From: Vicugna vicugna | Lineage: Eukaryota | Direction: 5' to 3' | Assembly (NCBI GenBank): GCA_013265495.1 | Contig: MU058451.1 | Coordinates: 1,588,167 to 1,652,166, forward strand | Length of the DNA: 64,000 nucleotides | In this document: positions 37,396-48,800 of the stretch, in pieces | How positions within the stretch are numbered: the stretch's first letter is position 1 | Layout: every line of letters starts with the position of its first letter | Translations under genes and position numbers: made by a program | Notes under the pieces: generated by a model | The model's database searches: none | The model's input: only the letters and a program-made list of their open reading frames with translations | What the model was told of the DNA's origin: nothing

Positions 37396-39446
37396 AACAC
37401 AGTTCAACCCGTGACACCAGGGATGCTCAAGATGGCGTCTGTGTTCCCCTTTCCTGTGCTTTCCAGACCCCAGCAGCCCTCCTCTCTCTGTCTCCTACTG
37501 GTCTTTCCTCGGGTCAAAGTGCCCTGGGGTGGTTGCTGCTTCATATCAGAAACTTCATGACAAATGGGAATTCTTGGGTCAGGCAAGAAGGTTTTAAGAG
37601 CAGTCTTCATTGGCTCTGGGTGAAGGGGGTGCCCCTCAGCTATGAGGTCTGGGGGTCCATCACCGGTTAGGTGTCAGTGGGACTGGCTTCTCTGGGGGAC
37701 CGTGCTGGGTGAGAGCGCTGCTCGCTGCCTCCCTCCACTCTGCTGCCTGACGTCGTGGTGGGCCGTGGCCACGGGAGGAGAGTACCTGCCAGACGGAGTT
37801 GGAAGGGCCTCTTTGCTGCCCAGAAACACGCTCTGACAGGCGTCCTGCCTGTGACCATTGATCTGCGTCCAGGGACTTTCTCCTGGTCTGCGTGGATTAT
37901 TTGATAACACCACCAGGTTCATCACTACCCTTAGGTTTAGACATTCAAAAATAAGTGTCTCATTCCCTCTACAGAGATGCCATCCTTGCCAGCTTGCCAT
38001 TATGAATATAAATAGAAAGAGAAATTGGGAAATTTTACAAACCTAAATTAAAGGATGGTGGGTTTCCTTTTATCTATACAACCTATGGCCCAGTCACGAT
38101 TAGAAATAACATTTCTCATGTTTGGTGTTCTTCCCTAAAGAACCTAAAGGTTATGCTAGCTAGATATGATAGAAGTTTATTTTACATTACTCTCTTAGGT
38201 AATAATCAGCAGCATTTATTAAGCTCATGCTAAGTCAGTCATTACACAGCAGAATTTTAGTTATTAAGAATCCTTGGGGGAGAAGTCAGTCTAAAGAGCT
38301 GAATTTCTGGGTGATTGGGTGTGATCCCTTTTCAGCAGTAAACCTCAAATAAATCAGTAAATAAATAATCTCTGGATATGAGTTTTCCTGGCTAAAAATC
38401 TATGTTTTGCTACTTACCTTAAAAGCTGTTTACCTTTAACTTCTGTTGAAAATGTGTTCATCAGTATGAAAATAAACTATTGTTCCGAATTTTAGCCATT
38501 ATCACAGAATCTGCCCCCAAATATGACTGTCCCTACACTAAAACATCAATAAAATCACCCAAAATTTCTCTTTGGAAATCTTAGATTAGATTCTGATTTT
38601 TTTCCTGCCTTGTCCTTAGATGTTGGGTTTTTGTATATAGCCATATTAACCCTCTTGTTTGGAACCTGCTTAAATTAACCCTTTTGCTGCTTCTCATCTA
38701 AAGGAGAAACCAGGCGCTCAAACTTGTTAGATTTCTATGCAAAGTGAGCAGAACTGGGTTTGGCTCAGGCACCACGGGTGAGATAGTCATAAGCGTTAGT
38801 GTTTGGATACTCTGAGACTTATTTGGGTTTCTTAGATTCTCTCAGTACTTTTTCTCAGCTTCTTTTCTGTCTGTTAGTTGTGTCCCCAGAAATCTGAGGT
38901 TTCCAGACACCTGAGTCCTGAAGAAGCGAGGCGCCATCCTACTAATCAGTAATAACAAATGTGCTTTCACATGCACGAGCTCTTCTTCTCTGAACCCAGT
39001 TCTTATGTCAGACTTTCTTAAGAATATTAAGTCTCCACTTTTGAAGAGTTAACGATCTTATTGGACTACACAAGGCACCCAAACGAAGAAAACTGAGAAC
39101 ATTTACAAAGGATTAGACATTTAAAGATCATAATAGAACATTTACAGGGCATTAAATGGAGTAGTACAGGGCTGAAATTAATAAGGAAAGAAGTACCTTC
39201 CCCATGGGACCGAAGAGGAGGCAAGATGAGAGGGCTCTGAGGGAGCAGGGGGTCAGATGGAAATACGTAAATGGAAAGAGCTCTTGGTACCGGATGAGGA
39301 GGAATGAAAGCAGAGAGTCAAAAACTAGTTCCTAAGAAATGCACCTTGGTGACTAAGGGCTGGGGAACGTAATAGGGAAAGAGCTGCAGGGCAGGAGGTC
39401 CGATGTAGTTAACTGCTTCTCACATCTCTGTGTTTTGTAACAGAAA

Positions 39447-39632
39447 CACACTACTGTATAAAAAGAGGTAAACAACGAAGACCTACTGTATAGCACAGAG
39501 AACTGTATTCAGTACCTTGTAATAACCTATAAAGGAAAAGAATCTGAAAATGAATATATATAAGTATAATTGAATCCCTTTGCTGTACACAGGAAACTAA
39601 CACATTATAAATCAACTCTATGTCAATTTGAA
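39447..39632 (+). mobile_element. 5'-truncated L1 3' end
   Basis: CCTACTGTATAGCACAGAGAACTGTATTCAGTACCTTGTAATAACCTATAA. Confidence 0.85.
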
Positions 39633-40739
39633 TAGATAAATACATAGTCTGTGTGCTTTGTATTCCTTTCTGCTGGTAGAGGATTCATATGTGTTATTTC
39701 CCAAACACAGCAGAGTTTCAGTTATACTTTCATCCCCTCCCCAGCATGTTTAGCAGGGGCTGCAATTAATTTCGGTGCAACTAGATGCAAATCAGGCAGT
39801 GCCCTCAGCTGCCCTGTGTACTTCCTTGTGGCTTCATCTCTTTTCTTACCCCTCCATCCCCACTATCATGGCCTCTATAGTTTCTCTGGAGGTTCCACTG
39901 GGTGGGGGTTCCTCTCCTACAGGAGCCCAGCCTAACACTTCTCATAGTGTTGTTACCAAGGATACAGTATTACTAAGGACAATGATATTTCTGCATCCTT
40001 GGTGCCCCGTGCACCATTCGGGTAGAACTGGCACTTGATACCCAAGTGTAAGAAGCAGAGCTATTTGGTCAATCCATACCAAATTGCCAATATTTGATCA
40101 TCTTACACCTACAAAATCTCTCATAAAATTCAATCTCATATTTTTATCCCTACTCCCCGTGAAAGAAACTTCCATGTACTGCTCTCTTGGCCCTCTGGCT
40201 TGTGGTTCCATAGACCCTCTCGTCCAAGAAAGAGTTCATGGGGTGATGCTGTTACGCAATTCAGTGTTTTTCCAACCTTATTCCAAGTTTATTAAAGTTT
40301 ATTTACTCTTGAAAAAAAAAACCTGCTTGTCCTTTCTCAACAGACAGATACATATATATTTGCCTGTACCAATTGTGTCCAGTGTTGTAGCAGCAAGGGG
40401 GTTAAGATTTATAAAATTAAGAAAGCCACTGGCTTCATTATCACGTTTCTTCAGCTATCTGTTTAAGAAATCTTTTGCAAAATTTTTCTTTGAGGACACA
40501 ACATTTCAACTTGTATTATGAAAAATTCTTCCCCGCTTTGGAAATCAAGCCACAGCCATTACTTAATGAGGTTTACAAACAGGATTAATAAAATCCACGC
40601 TGCATCTCGTGCTCCATCTGTTTCCTTTAAAGCAAAGATTGCTTCTTTTCCATGTGGAAATGTTGAAACACATTCCTCTTAGATAGCATCTGAGGAATGA
40701 GTTTTCCAAAAGTACTTACAATCGCAGAATTTTGAACTG

Positions 40740-40880
40740 AAGATGAGATTAGAAATAATCTATTCCAACTTTCAGATTTTTTACCATATGAAACAGACAA
40801 GCAAATGAAGGAACTCGTCCAAAGTATAAGACTAGTTGGTAGAAGCACTGGGATTGTCATCCAAATTTTTAAAATCCTAG
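40740..40880 (-). mobile_element. MIR-family fragment
   Basis: ATCTATTCCAAC...TTTTACCATATGAAACAGAC...CTAGTTGGTAG. Confidence 0.45.
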
Positions 40881-42054
40881 TCAGATTTATTGCCATGTCT
40901 ACTGAATTCAAGACCGAGTCATGGAGAAGCAAGAATGATCAACACCTAGAGTCCTTGGTCATCATCAAGGCCCTTGCCCTAGACGCGGCCAGCCAGGTAC
41001 CACGCAGAGAAATGGAAGCTTCCTGTGTTCTTCTCCTCTTTAGAATTTCGTGGGAGTTGGTGTTCACTGGGAGCTCTGAGTTCATTTGCTGACAACTGGG
41101 GCTGTTACTAAATTAGTTACCCAGAATGGCAAGTAACCAAAGGTGGCTCACAGTGGTAGGTGGGAGATGTGACTATATTAAGTGTGAAACTGGACACTGA
41201 AATACGGTGGCTCCGATGGGATTCCTGTGGGAGCAAGAATGTTGCATTTGCATGTGAACAGAAAACAAATGGCGCTCCCTTGTCGGGAATGATGCTGTTC
41301 AGCCACCCATGCTGAGGACTGCAGTGTGCACTCTGACTTAACATAATGGGACAACATCTGGAAAAAGGGTTCCTTGCTTGCCTCTTGAGAGGCTCAGAGA
41401 TTCCTGGAGTTCCCTAGATTTGGAGGCATGCCAGGTTAGTCCCAGGATGTCTGCTGAGCTCAGAGTGCTTCCAATCTAAATAAGAATATGGAGATTGAAG
41501 TCACCCTAGAAGTAGGAGGAACTCAGGGATTTCATTCATATCAACCTTCAACATCTTCTCTTTCAAGCCAATTTCAATTCATAGGTGTTTAGAACCAATT
41601 TTCCTAGGGTTGGATAGAATCTAAACCTAACGCTATAGGAATCTGGATTGGCTCAGGTTCAAGGGTTTGATCTTGATCTGACACATACAGTTGAAATGCA
41701 TAGTGGTCCTAAAAAAAGAAACTTATTTCTAAGTATAAAAGAAGAAGCTGTCATACGTATGCAGGTCTGGTTGCTTTTTTATTAATGAAATGTAAGCTGT
41801 TCTTTCACTTTCTTTTTACCATGGACATTAAGATAAGACTTGAGAAATTGACACAAATACATGAATTAAATGATTACCTTTGGTCCTAGGAAGAGTTTGA
41901 TCTATAGCCTGATAATATCATATAACTATATGCTATTGAAAGTAGGAAAGAGTATGAATTTAATTTAAAAGAATTTGATAGTTTAAAAACTTTTCATCTG
42001 AGGAGATTAGCTAGATTCCTACTTGCCATTATTCTTTCACATGCTTCTTGATCA

Positions 42055-42530
42055 GCGTGACAGATTCTGCTGGTCACCTCCCCAATACATCCTCCCCTTC
42101 TTGCTTTAATAAGGCCCCAGGACTAACTGGGCACAGAAAAAAAGACACAATTCTTTGCCTCCCTGGCAGCAAGTTTCAGCCATGCTACTAAGTTTTGACA
42201 AAGGAATTAAAAACATAAGTGTTATATGCCATTTTGAGGAAATTTCTTTAATAAGGCAGGACGTACTCTTCTCCACTTCTCTTCTTTCTTCCTTTCTTCT
42301 GCATTGAGTATGGATTTTATACGATGGCTGGAGCTCTAGAAGCCATCTTGTGCCACATGGAAGAGGACTGGTAGAGTAAATAAAAGAAAGGCTGGACCTT
42401 GGATGATTATGTAGCTGCCTAAGGAGCTGTACTGTAAATGTTTGAATTTCTTTTTCATGAGAGAGAAATTAGCTTCCTTCTTGCTTAAGCCTTTGTTTAA
42501 TCATAGGAACTAAATGCAATCCTAAACCAT
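42055..42530 (+). mobile_element. Old MaLR LTR (MLT1J-like)
   Basis: GATGGCTGGAGCTCTAGAAGCCATCTTG...CTTGCTTAAGCC. Confidence 0.65.
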
Positions 42531-43411
42531 GCAATAATTCAATTTATCAGTGGTATCTTCTCTAAGAACTTACTGAAAATTTATATTTGATAGAAGTAAC
42601 TGTACTGTATAAATGGGGAATTTATACCTTTTCTCTAGTAGTATGAGGTGTACCTCACTCACTCTTGCCTTGGGAAGAGAAATCGCTGATTTTATTGGTG
42701 AGTTTAGGGAAAGGACACAGCACGCACTGGTCTCTTTTTCAGGCGGGGCTGGTCCCAGCCGCTCCTGTGGTCAGTTTACCGCTGTTGGCTCTGCCCACAG
42801 CAGGAGAACTTAATAGTCACCGAGGGAGAGTAAACTGCAGTGAGGAGGTTATTTGTGGCCTCACACCTCCCATCTAGCTGTATCAATATGTAAACTGATG
42901 ATGTTTTTCAAATCTTTTTCACCTGTAAGTTCTATTTCCCAGCGTTTGCTTTTTCTCCCGAAGAGCCTTATTATATTATTTTCTAAATAATCATCTCTTA
43001 GATTAGTTAAATGACATTCCTATCATTTTAGCTCCAAGATAAAGTCAATATTAGCACTTCTGTGATGCTCAGCACTTACCCTGATACCCATTCACCTCCC
43101 CACCTGCAGCAGTGGTTTCCTGACTCCCAGCAGCGTGATCCTCACCAGTTTACAAACCCTGGATTGTGCACAACTAGGGGGTCCTGTCTGCGTTGTATTT
43201 ACTTGTTTGTACCCAATGCTCTATACAATTGCTGACCGTAGTGCAGTTGAATCAATCAGTGATTGAATGAATGAATCGTCAAATTAATTTTTTTAAAATT
43301 GTACCTTCTCCAAACACCATATGGGGAGCCTGAATGACTGTCCCTGCCTTCCTGCCTCTTCCAGCCTGGCCCCAGGCCCCTCTCCCCTACCTTTTCTTAC
43401 ATTTCAGTCTC

Positions 43412-43570
43412 AGGCCATTGGTTCTTAACTTTGTCTACACTTTGATATCACCTGGTGGCTAAAAACACTGATGCCTTTGCCTGTACCTGGAGATTTTATT
43501 TGCTTGGTCTGCAGTGTGACTCTTTTACAACAGTCCCGGAGATCCTATCCTGCAGCCAGAGTTGAGAATG
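43412..43570. mobile_element. MER5A-like hAT MITE
   Basis: TGGTTCTTAACTTTG...ATCACCTGG...TGCAGCCAGAGTTGAGAA. Confidence 0.65.
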
Positions 43571-43885
43571 AATGCCTCCCTCGCGTTGACAGAGCACCAA
43601 CAGCTCTGGTTCTCTCCACTTATCTCTTGTTTGGACAGTTCTTATCCTGTCCCCGCCCCCACACTATGCCCCTGCCTTTGAAGCTGATGCTGTATGTAAG
43701 CTTTCTGTAAATTATGTTTAAAATCAGTCATTCACAGGATAAAAGCAGATTTCTCCCAAAGATATAGGTATTTAGATTGTGCTTCTGGCTTGGTGTCATA
43801 AAGAAAGATGGTTAATTAAGGGCATCACAAATTAGCCTGTTTCAGTTGGATTGAGCCAAGAGCGCGCCCGGTTTAGCTGCAGCAC

Positions 43886-43918
43886 TGCTGCCACCTGCTG
43901 GAAGCCTTCGGAACAACA
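43886..43918 (-). promoter_or_regulatory. Predicted CTCF site with upstream module
   Basis: Minus strand TGTTGTTCC-N8-CCAGCAGGTGGCAGC; the core fits CCASYAGRKGGCRSY with no mismatch. Confidence 0.75.
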
Positions 43919-44872
43919 GCTTTTCTGCGCTCTTCCTTTTGTTTTCCTTCTGCGCTTGTTGAACATGAACAGTTATTTGCCGCCACACGCACACACTCAC
44001 AAAAACACAGTTAGCCGTTTATAGTTTCCTGTTGTTAATCAGGCACTCACTTTCTATGTGCAGTGAGCCACACAGCCTCATGCTTAGGTCAGCCAGACTG
44101 TCCAGCATCCTCCACTTGGTCAGCATCTCCTGGGTAATGATTTGATTATTAAAAGCAAGATAAATACCCTAGCAAATGAACTATTTAGTGAATCCCTACC
44201 TTCATCCTCTAAGCCATTACCATAAAAGATGTTAATTTAATTTTAATGGTTTATTGTTATCACCAGTATTTCTTCTCAGTAGAGGCTAGCACTAATACTC
44301 TCCAATACGAAGGATAATTTATCAAGAAACACACATTTAGGAAGATATTTTTAACTTTTAACCTACTGTTTCCCTGGTGAAATAGTATTGTAGGACCCTC
44401 TGACCTCACTTTATAATAATGAGCAATTTAAAAAGTTTAGGTCATTGGTTTGGATTAGAAATGGTGAAAGAATTTTTTCTAAAAACCAAGTATTCCTGAC
44501 AGACAAAAGGCATCTGCTGTTTTATGTCATGTGGCAGATTTTGAGACGGTAAATGCAAACTTCAAATGCTCAGACTTTTCCTAATCACCCAGAGGATGGC
44601 TGGATATCCAAATTTTATTGACTCCAAACATACAAGGGAAAAGAATGCACCTCCCCTAATTCAGTAATGCTAAATACTGCTTTCCTTTTAGCTCCATGTA
44701 ATTTCATCCTTCAAAGGCTTTACTCCTAATACTATAATGTCTTACATTTTGCACATAAAAATACATAAATCACTGTAACCACATCTATAATTTTCCTGCT
44801 AGTGAACTACATTTTGATTAGCACATGACTCCTTCCTTGGGCAATAACAGAACAATTTGTCATATTCTAGAT

Positions 44873-45075
44873 CAGTACTGTCCAACAAAACTTTCTACCA
44901 TGGTGATAATATTAGACCTACACTGTCCAAAACAGTGGCCACTAGCCACATGTGGCTGTTGAGCATTTTAAATGTGCTGGTGCTATTAGTAAGTGTGCTT
45001 GTGCTACTGAGAAACTCAGTTTCTAACTCTATTAACTTTGAATTAATTGAAATGTATAAAGCCAGGAGAATACAG
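44873..45075. mobile_element. MER3-like hAT-Charlie MITE
   Basis: CAGTACTGTCCAA...GCCACTAGCCACATGTGGCT; perfect 8-bp TSD TTCTAGAT at 44865-44872 and 45076-45083. Confidence 0.85.
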
Positions 45076-45399
45076 TTCTAGATGGTACAGATGATTTTGT
45101 CGGTGGATCAAATTGCTTCTCCTGACGTCAAATTGACTAATGTTACTTTGTGCGTTAAAGCTTGCTCCACTGTTTTAAATGCATTTACTCGGAAAAGACT
45201 GTCTCAGAATTAAACTTTTAAAAGAAGTTTTCAGTCTTGTTCCTGATTGAAGTCTTTATCAAATTCTCCCTAATCTCTCTGTTTCTTTCTAACGTTCACT
45301 GCTGCCACCCCCAGCCTGTGGCTTCACACCTCTTTAAACTGATGGATTCTTTTTTGTTGTTCTTTGGCCCTCCCATCCAAGTGCTGCTTCTGACCGTTG

Positions 45400-46365
45400 A
45401 CTTCTGTGTTCTTACACATTCTCCCGGCGTTACCCCATTCACTTCTTGGTTTTAATTCCCATTGCTCTGTTGTTGATTTCCTAATCTGTAGCAGCAGCCC
45501 TGACCTCAGCTTTCCATGTCAGCACATTTCCAGCTGCTTAGTGGATACCTCCACGTGGAGGGTTCCAATAAAATATCCAAAACTAAACTTATATTCCTCT
45601 AAGTGGGCTCTTTGTATAGACCATATTACAGCCAATCAATTACCACGCCAGGTACTGAGCTCCGCCTTCACCTTCTTCTCCTCCCCCTCCTGCATATAAT
45701 CAATCACCACGTCTTACTAGTTTTGATAGTGCTCAAATCCATCTCCCTCTCTCCCACGGCAGCAGCGTTTCCTTATTTTGTCTGCCTCAAATCCTCTCTC
45801 CACACAGCTATGTCTTTTTATAGCCAGCTTCTGCCACTTAACACCTTCCGAAGGCTCCTGAGTCACCCAAGGATCAAGTTCAAACCTCTTCGTGTATCTT
45901 GCAGTGTTTCCACGACCTGCTCCCCCAGCTATCCAGCCTTGATTCTCACCATCTGGTCTCACGCTTTGCCCTGCCGTGATTTCAACTGCTTATAACTCCC
46001 TGAACACCCCACTGTGTTTCCCGTCTCTTTTCATACCTCGGAGGCTGTATTCATTCCACTCCCACCATTGGAACCATTGTCTGTCCCTCACACAGAGACA
46101 AATCCCTCATTTCCTGGCTATTTTCTCCTTATTCAGGCACAACTCAGGCAGCATCTCCCCTGGGAAGCCTTCCCTCAACGCCCAGGCTAAGCCCAGGCAC
46201 CCTACTCCAGCTCTTCACGTATCTTTATCTTGGCAATTCTAATTGTTGGCTTTCTCATTCAGCTGCTTAAAAGCAAGGATTTAAAAAAAAAAAACCTATC
46301 TTATTCAGTGACTGCACCCAGTAGATGCTCAAACCCAAAATTTTTATCGAACTTTTGAATGAAGC
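45400..46365 (+). mobile_element. L2 3' portion
   Basis: Pyrimidine-rich body, CATCTCCCCTGGGAAGCCTTCCCT, tail CAGTAGATGCTCAA...TGAATGAA. Confidence 0.7.
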
Positions 46366-47740
46366 TCATGATCAAATTGGAAGAACCGCTCCTTTCATCC
46401 GAGGAAGTGTGCAGGGAAGTGGGGGGTGGGTCTGTAAGGAGGAAAGTTATGCAGCAGCCCTGGGTAGGACTTGCCTGTATCCAAGTGCACTAACTTCCCA
46501 GTCACGACAGAGCTCTTCGCGAAATCATCCCAAGTGACCTGTAGTGCATCTCAAATGTTTGCTATGAGATTCAGTATCTAAAGGCAGTTCTACCAAATAG
46601 TGCAGGGGAGGGAGCATCGAAGACACTCACTAAGGGAGAGGAATTTGCATGGCTTACCTTTATACATGTGTCTCAAAGCTTGATTATGAGCACTTAGCCT
46701 TGGCCCTGCACCTCGCCAGGTTCGGCAATTCACAGTAGATGGATTCCTGGTGACTCCAGACTGAAGCCGGCACAGGAACCACTGGGCTAGCTCAGGGTCT
46801 GGAAGCTTCCTGGCCTGCTTCCACTCTTCACCCTGTGACCTCTGTGCTAAACATCACACCCGAGCCCCAGATCCACACTCTATGCACAGAGCTCCATCTC
46901 TGTGGACAGCCTTTTCAATTCCCAGATCGGCCTCCCTGTCAAGAACAGTGAATTTCTCTTCTACATCAGAAGCCAAAACAGTTAAAACTTTGCCAACCCT
47001 AAGGCATTACATTCGGAGGATGCCTGCCTTCCTTCTCATTCTGGGTAGCCCCAGTGTAGGACAACTTCGTGTGCAAGCGGTCACCGTTGGCATAGAATGA
47101 GTCATTAGTCATTGTAGGACTGCACTCTGGGGACTCTAGAAAATGATGCTCAGAACTGGAGGGCCTTCCAGAAGCTCAGGCCTCAGCAAGGAGACCAGCA
47201 GGCGGGGCAAGGGCCCAACGGGAGCATGAGGCTCTGCAGGTGCGGGGGACACGGGCTGAGGTGTCGGAGCTCGTTGTGCAGACAGAGCTGCTGAGCAGCC
47301 ACGGCCCAGGTGAAGACGCAGCTGGGGAGAGCAGACGTGTTCTCCCCTTAGGACTTTTCATGTGGGGAAAGGACAGTTTGAACGGGTTCGCTGTCTGCTT
47401 GCTGGGTCTGCAGTTCGCTGTACACGTGCCACAGACGCTGCCTTTAGATGGTTAGTACGGGGCAGCTAGACAGCGAGGGCTGGAGTGGTTGCCCCCCGCT
47501 TCCATCTGCAGGCAGGGCCACGGAGGAAACTGGAAGACTGTCTTAGAATTCAATTAGCTTATTCACAGACTCCCGAGTTTAAAAATTCCAAATAGTTTCT
47601 AGGTGACAATACAAGTGATACGGGTGTCCTGTAGGTGTGCTGGGAGGGAAAACACGTGATAAATATGCAGAATTCAAAAACACAGGGAAGTGGTATTGAG
47701 GTGCCCTGTCTGAGGTCGGTTCCTCACTCACCCCCTCGGG

Positions 47741-47920
47741 CAGTGGTTCTCAAACAATAGACTGTATCGCAGTCCCCCGAGGGCAGGTGGCTGCCCTCCT
47801 TCCACCCCACCCCCAAGTTTCCTGTGGGTCTGGGTGGGGCCTGAGAATTAGCATTCCTAAAACACCCCCATGGAGCCTGATAACGTGAGTCTGGGGACCA
47901 GGTTTTTATGAGAACCACTC
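47741..47920. mobile_element. MER5A hAT MITE
   Basis: TIRs CAGTGGTTCTCA...TGAGAACCACT; 8-bp TSD CCCTCGGG / CCCTAGGG. Confidence 0.85.
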
Positions 47921-48289
47921 CCCTAGGGGAAAAGGCATCAGAGCATCAAAAGCAGCTTCAGTCCAAGTGTCAGTGGTTTTCCAGCTGAAACAGACTTGGG
48001 TTTGAAGGGGACGATCTTTTCTAAGCAGTGGGGTTATTAGTGGGCTAAGTTAGAAGTCAGCTGAAAACCTGAAAAGAAAATGGGTGAGAGTTATTGTGCT
48101 CCCCTAAAAAAGCCTCACCATTCTTTTTCCAATTAAACTAGAAAATTGATTACCATTCTTCCAATTGCAGGAAAGTAAAATGAGCAGATGGTTGGGATCC
48201 TAGGTGTTGCCCCAGGTGAGAGCATCCTTTTGTCACATTTATCCGCTCACCACTTTTATTGGGTATCACTAACCAAAATGAACAGATTA

Positions 48290-48800
48290 TTAGCCAAGAG
48301 TTTACTGTGTCTTAGGCCCTGTAATTATGCAGGTTTCTCCTCCACCTTCTCCTTTGTAAATGATCATACAAGCACCAATACTACCCACTCAGGACGGTAG
48401 TCAGGATTTTAAGAGTCGAATTGTGTTGCTCAGAAGCGTGCCTGGCCACACGGCAAGCGAGTGGTTAGCTTTGCTACCTGTTGCTGAGTGTTCTGGAATG
48501 GACGTACAGATACCAGAGGAGTGCTTTGCCTGGTCCACAAATGTCACCGGCAGTGATGCTTAAATCATGACCTGAAGAAGGATTATTAGCTGGCACGGGT
48601 GAAGGAGGGTCCGGGTGGGAGAAGGGTGGTCCAGGCGGCAGGAGAGTCTGTTGTGAATGCCCTCAGGTGTGAAGAATCTGTGGGATCTGAGGAACTGACT
48701 GATGGTCAGGGAGAGGTAGGAACGGAGAGGCCAGAGTGAGACCGGAGACGTCTAGAAAGACCTAGAATGTTCCAGAAGCTTGGAAAACACATGATGCTGA
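48290..48800 (-). mobile_element. MIR fragment (~48290-48480) and L2 fragment (~48560-48800)
   Basis: GCTCAGAAG...GCCACACGGCAAGCGAGTGG; GACCTGAAG...GCCCTCAGGTGTGAAGAA. Confidence 0.4.
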
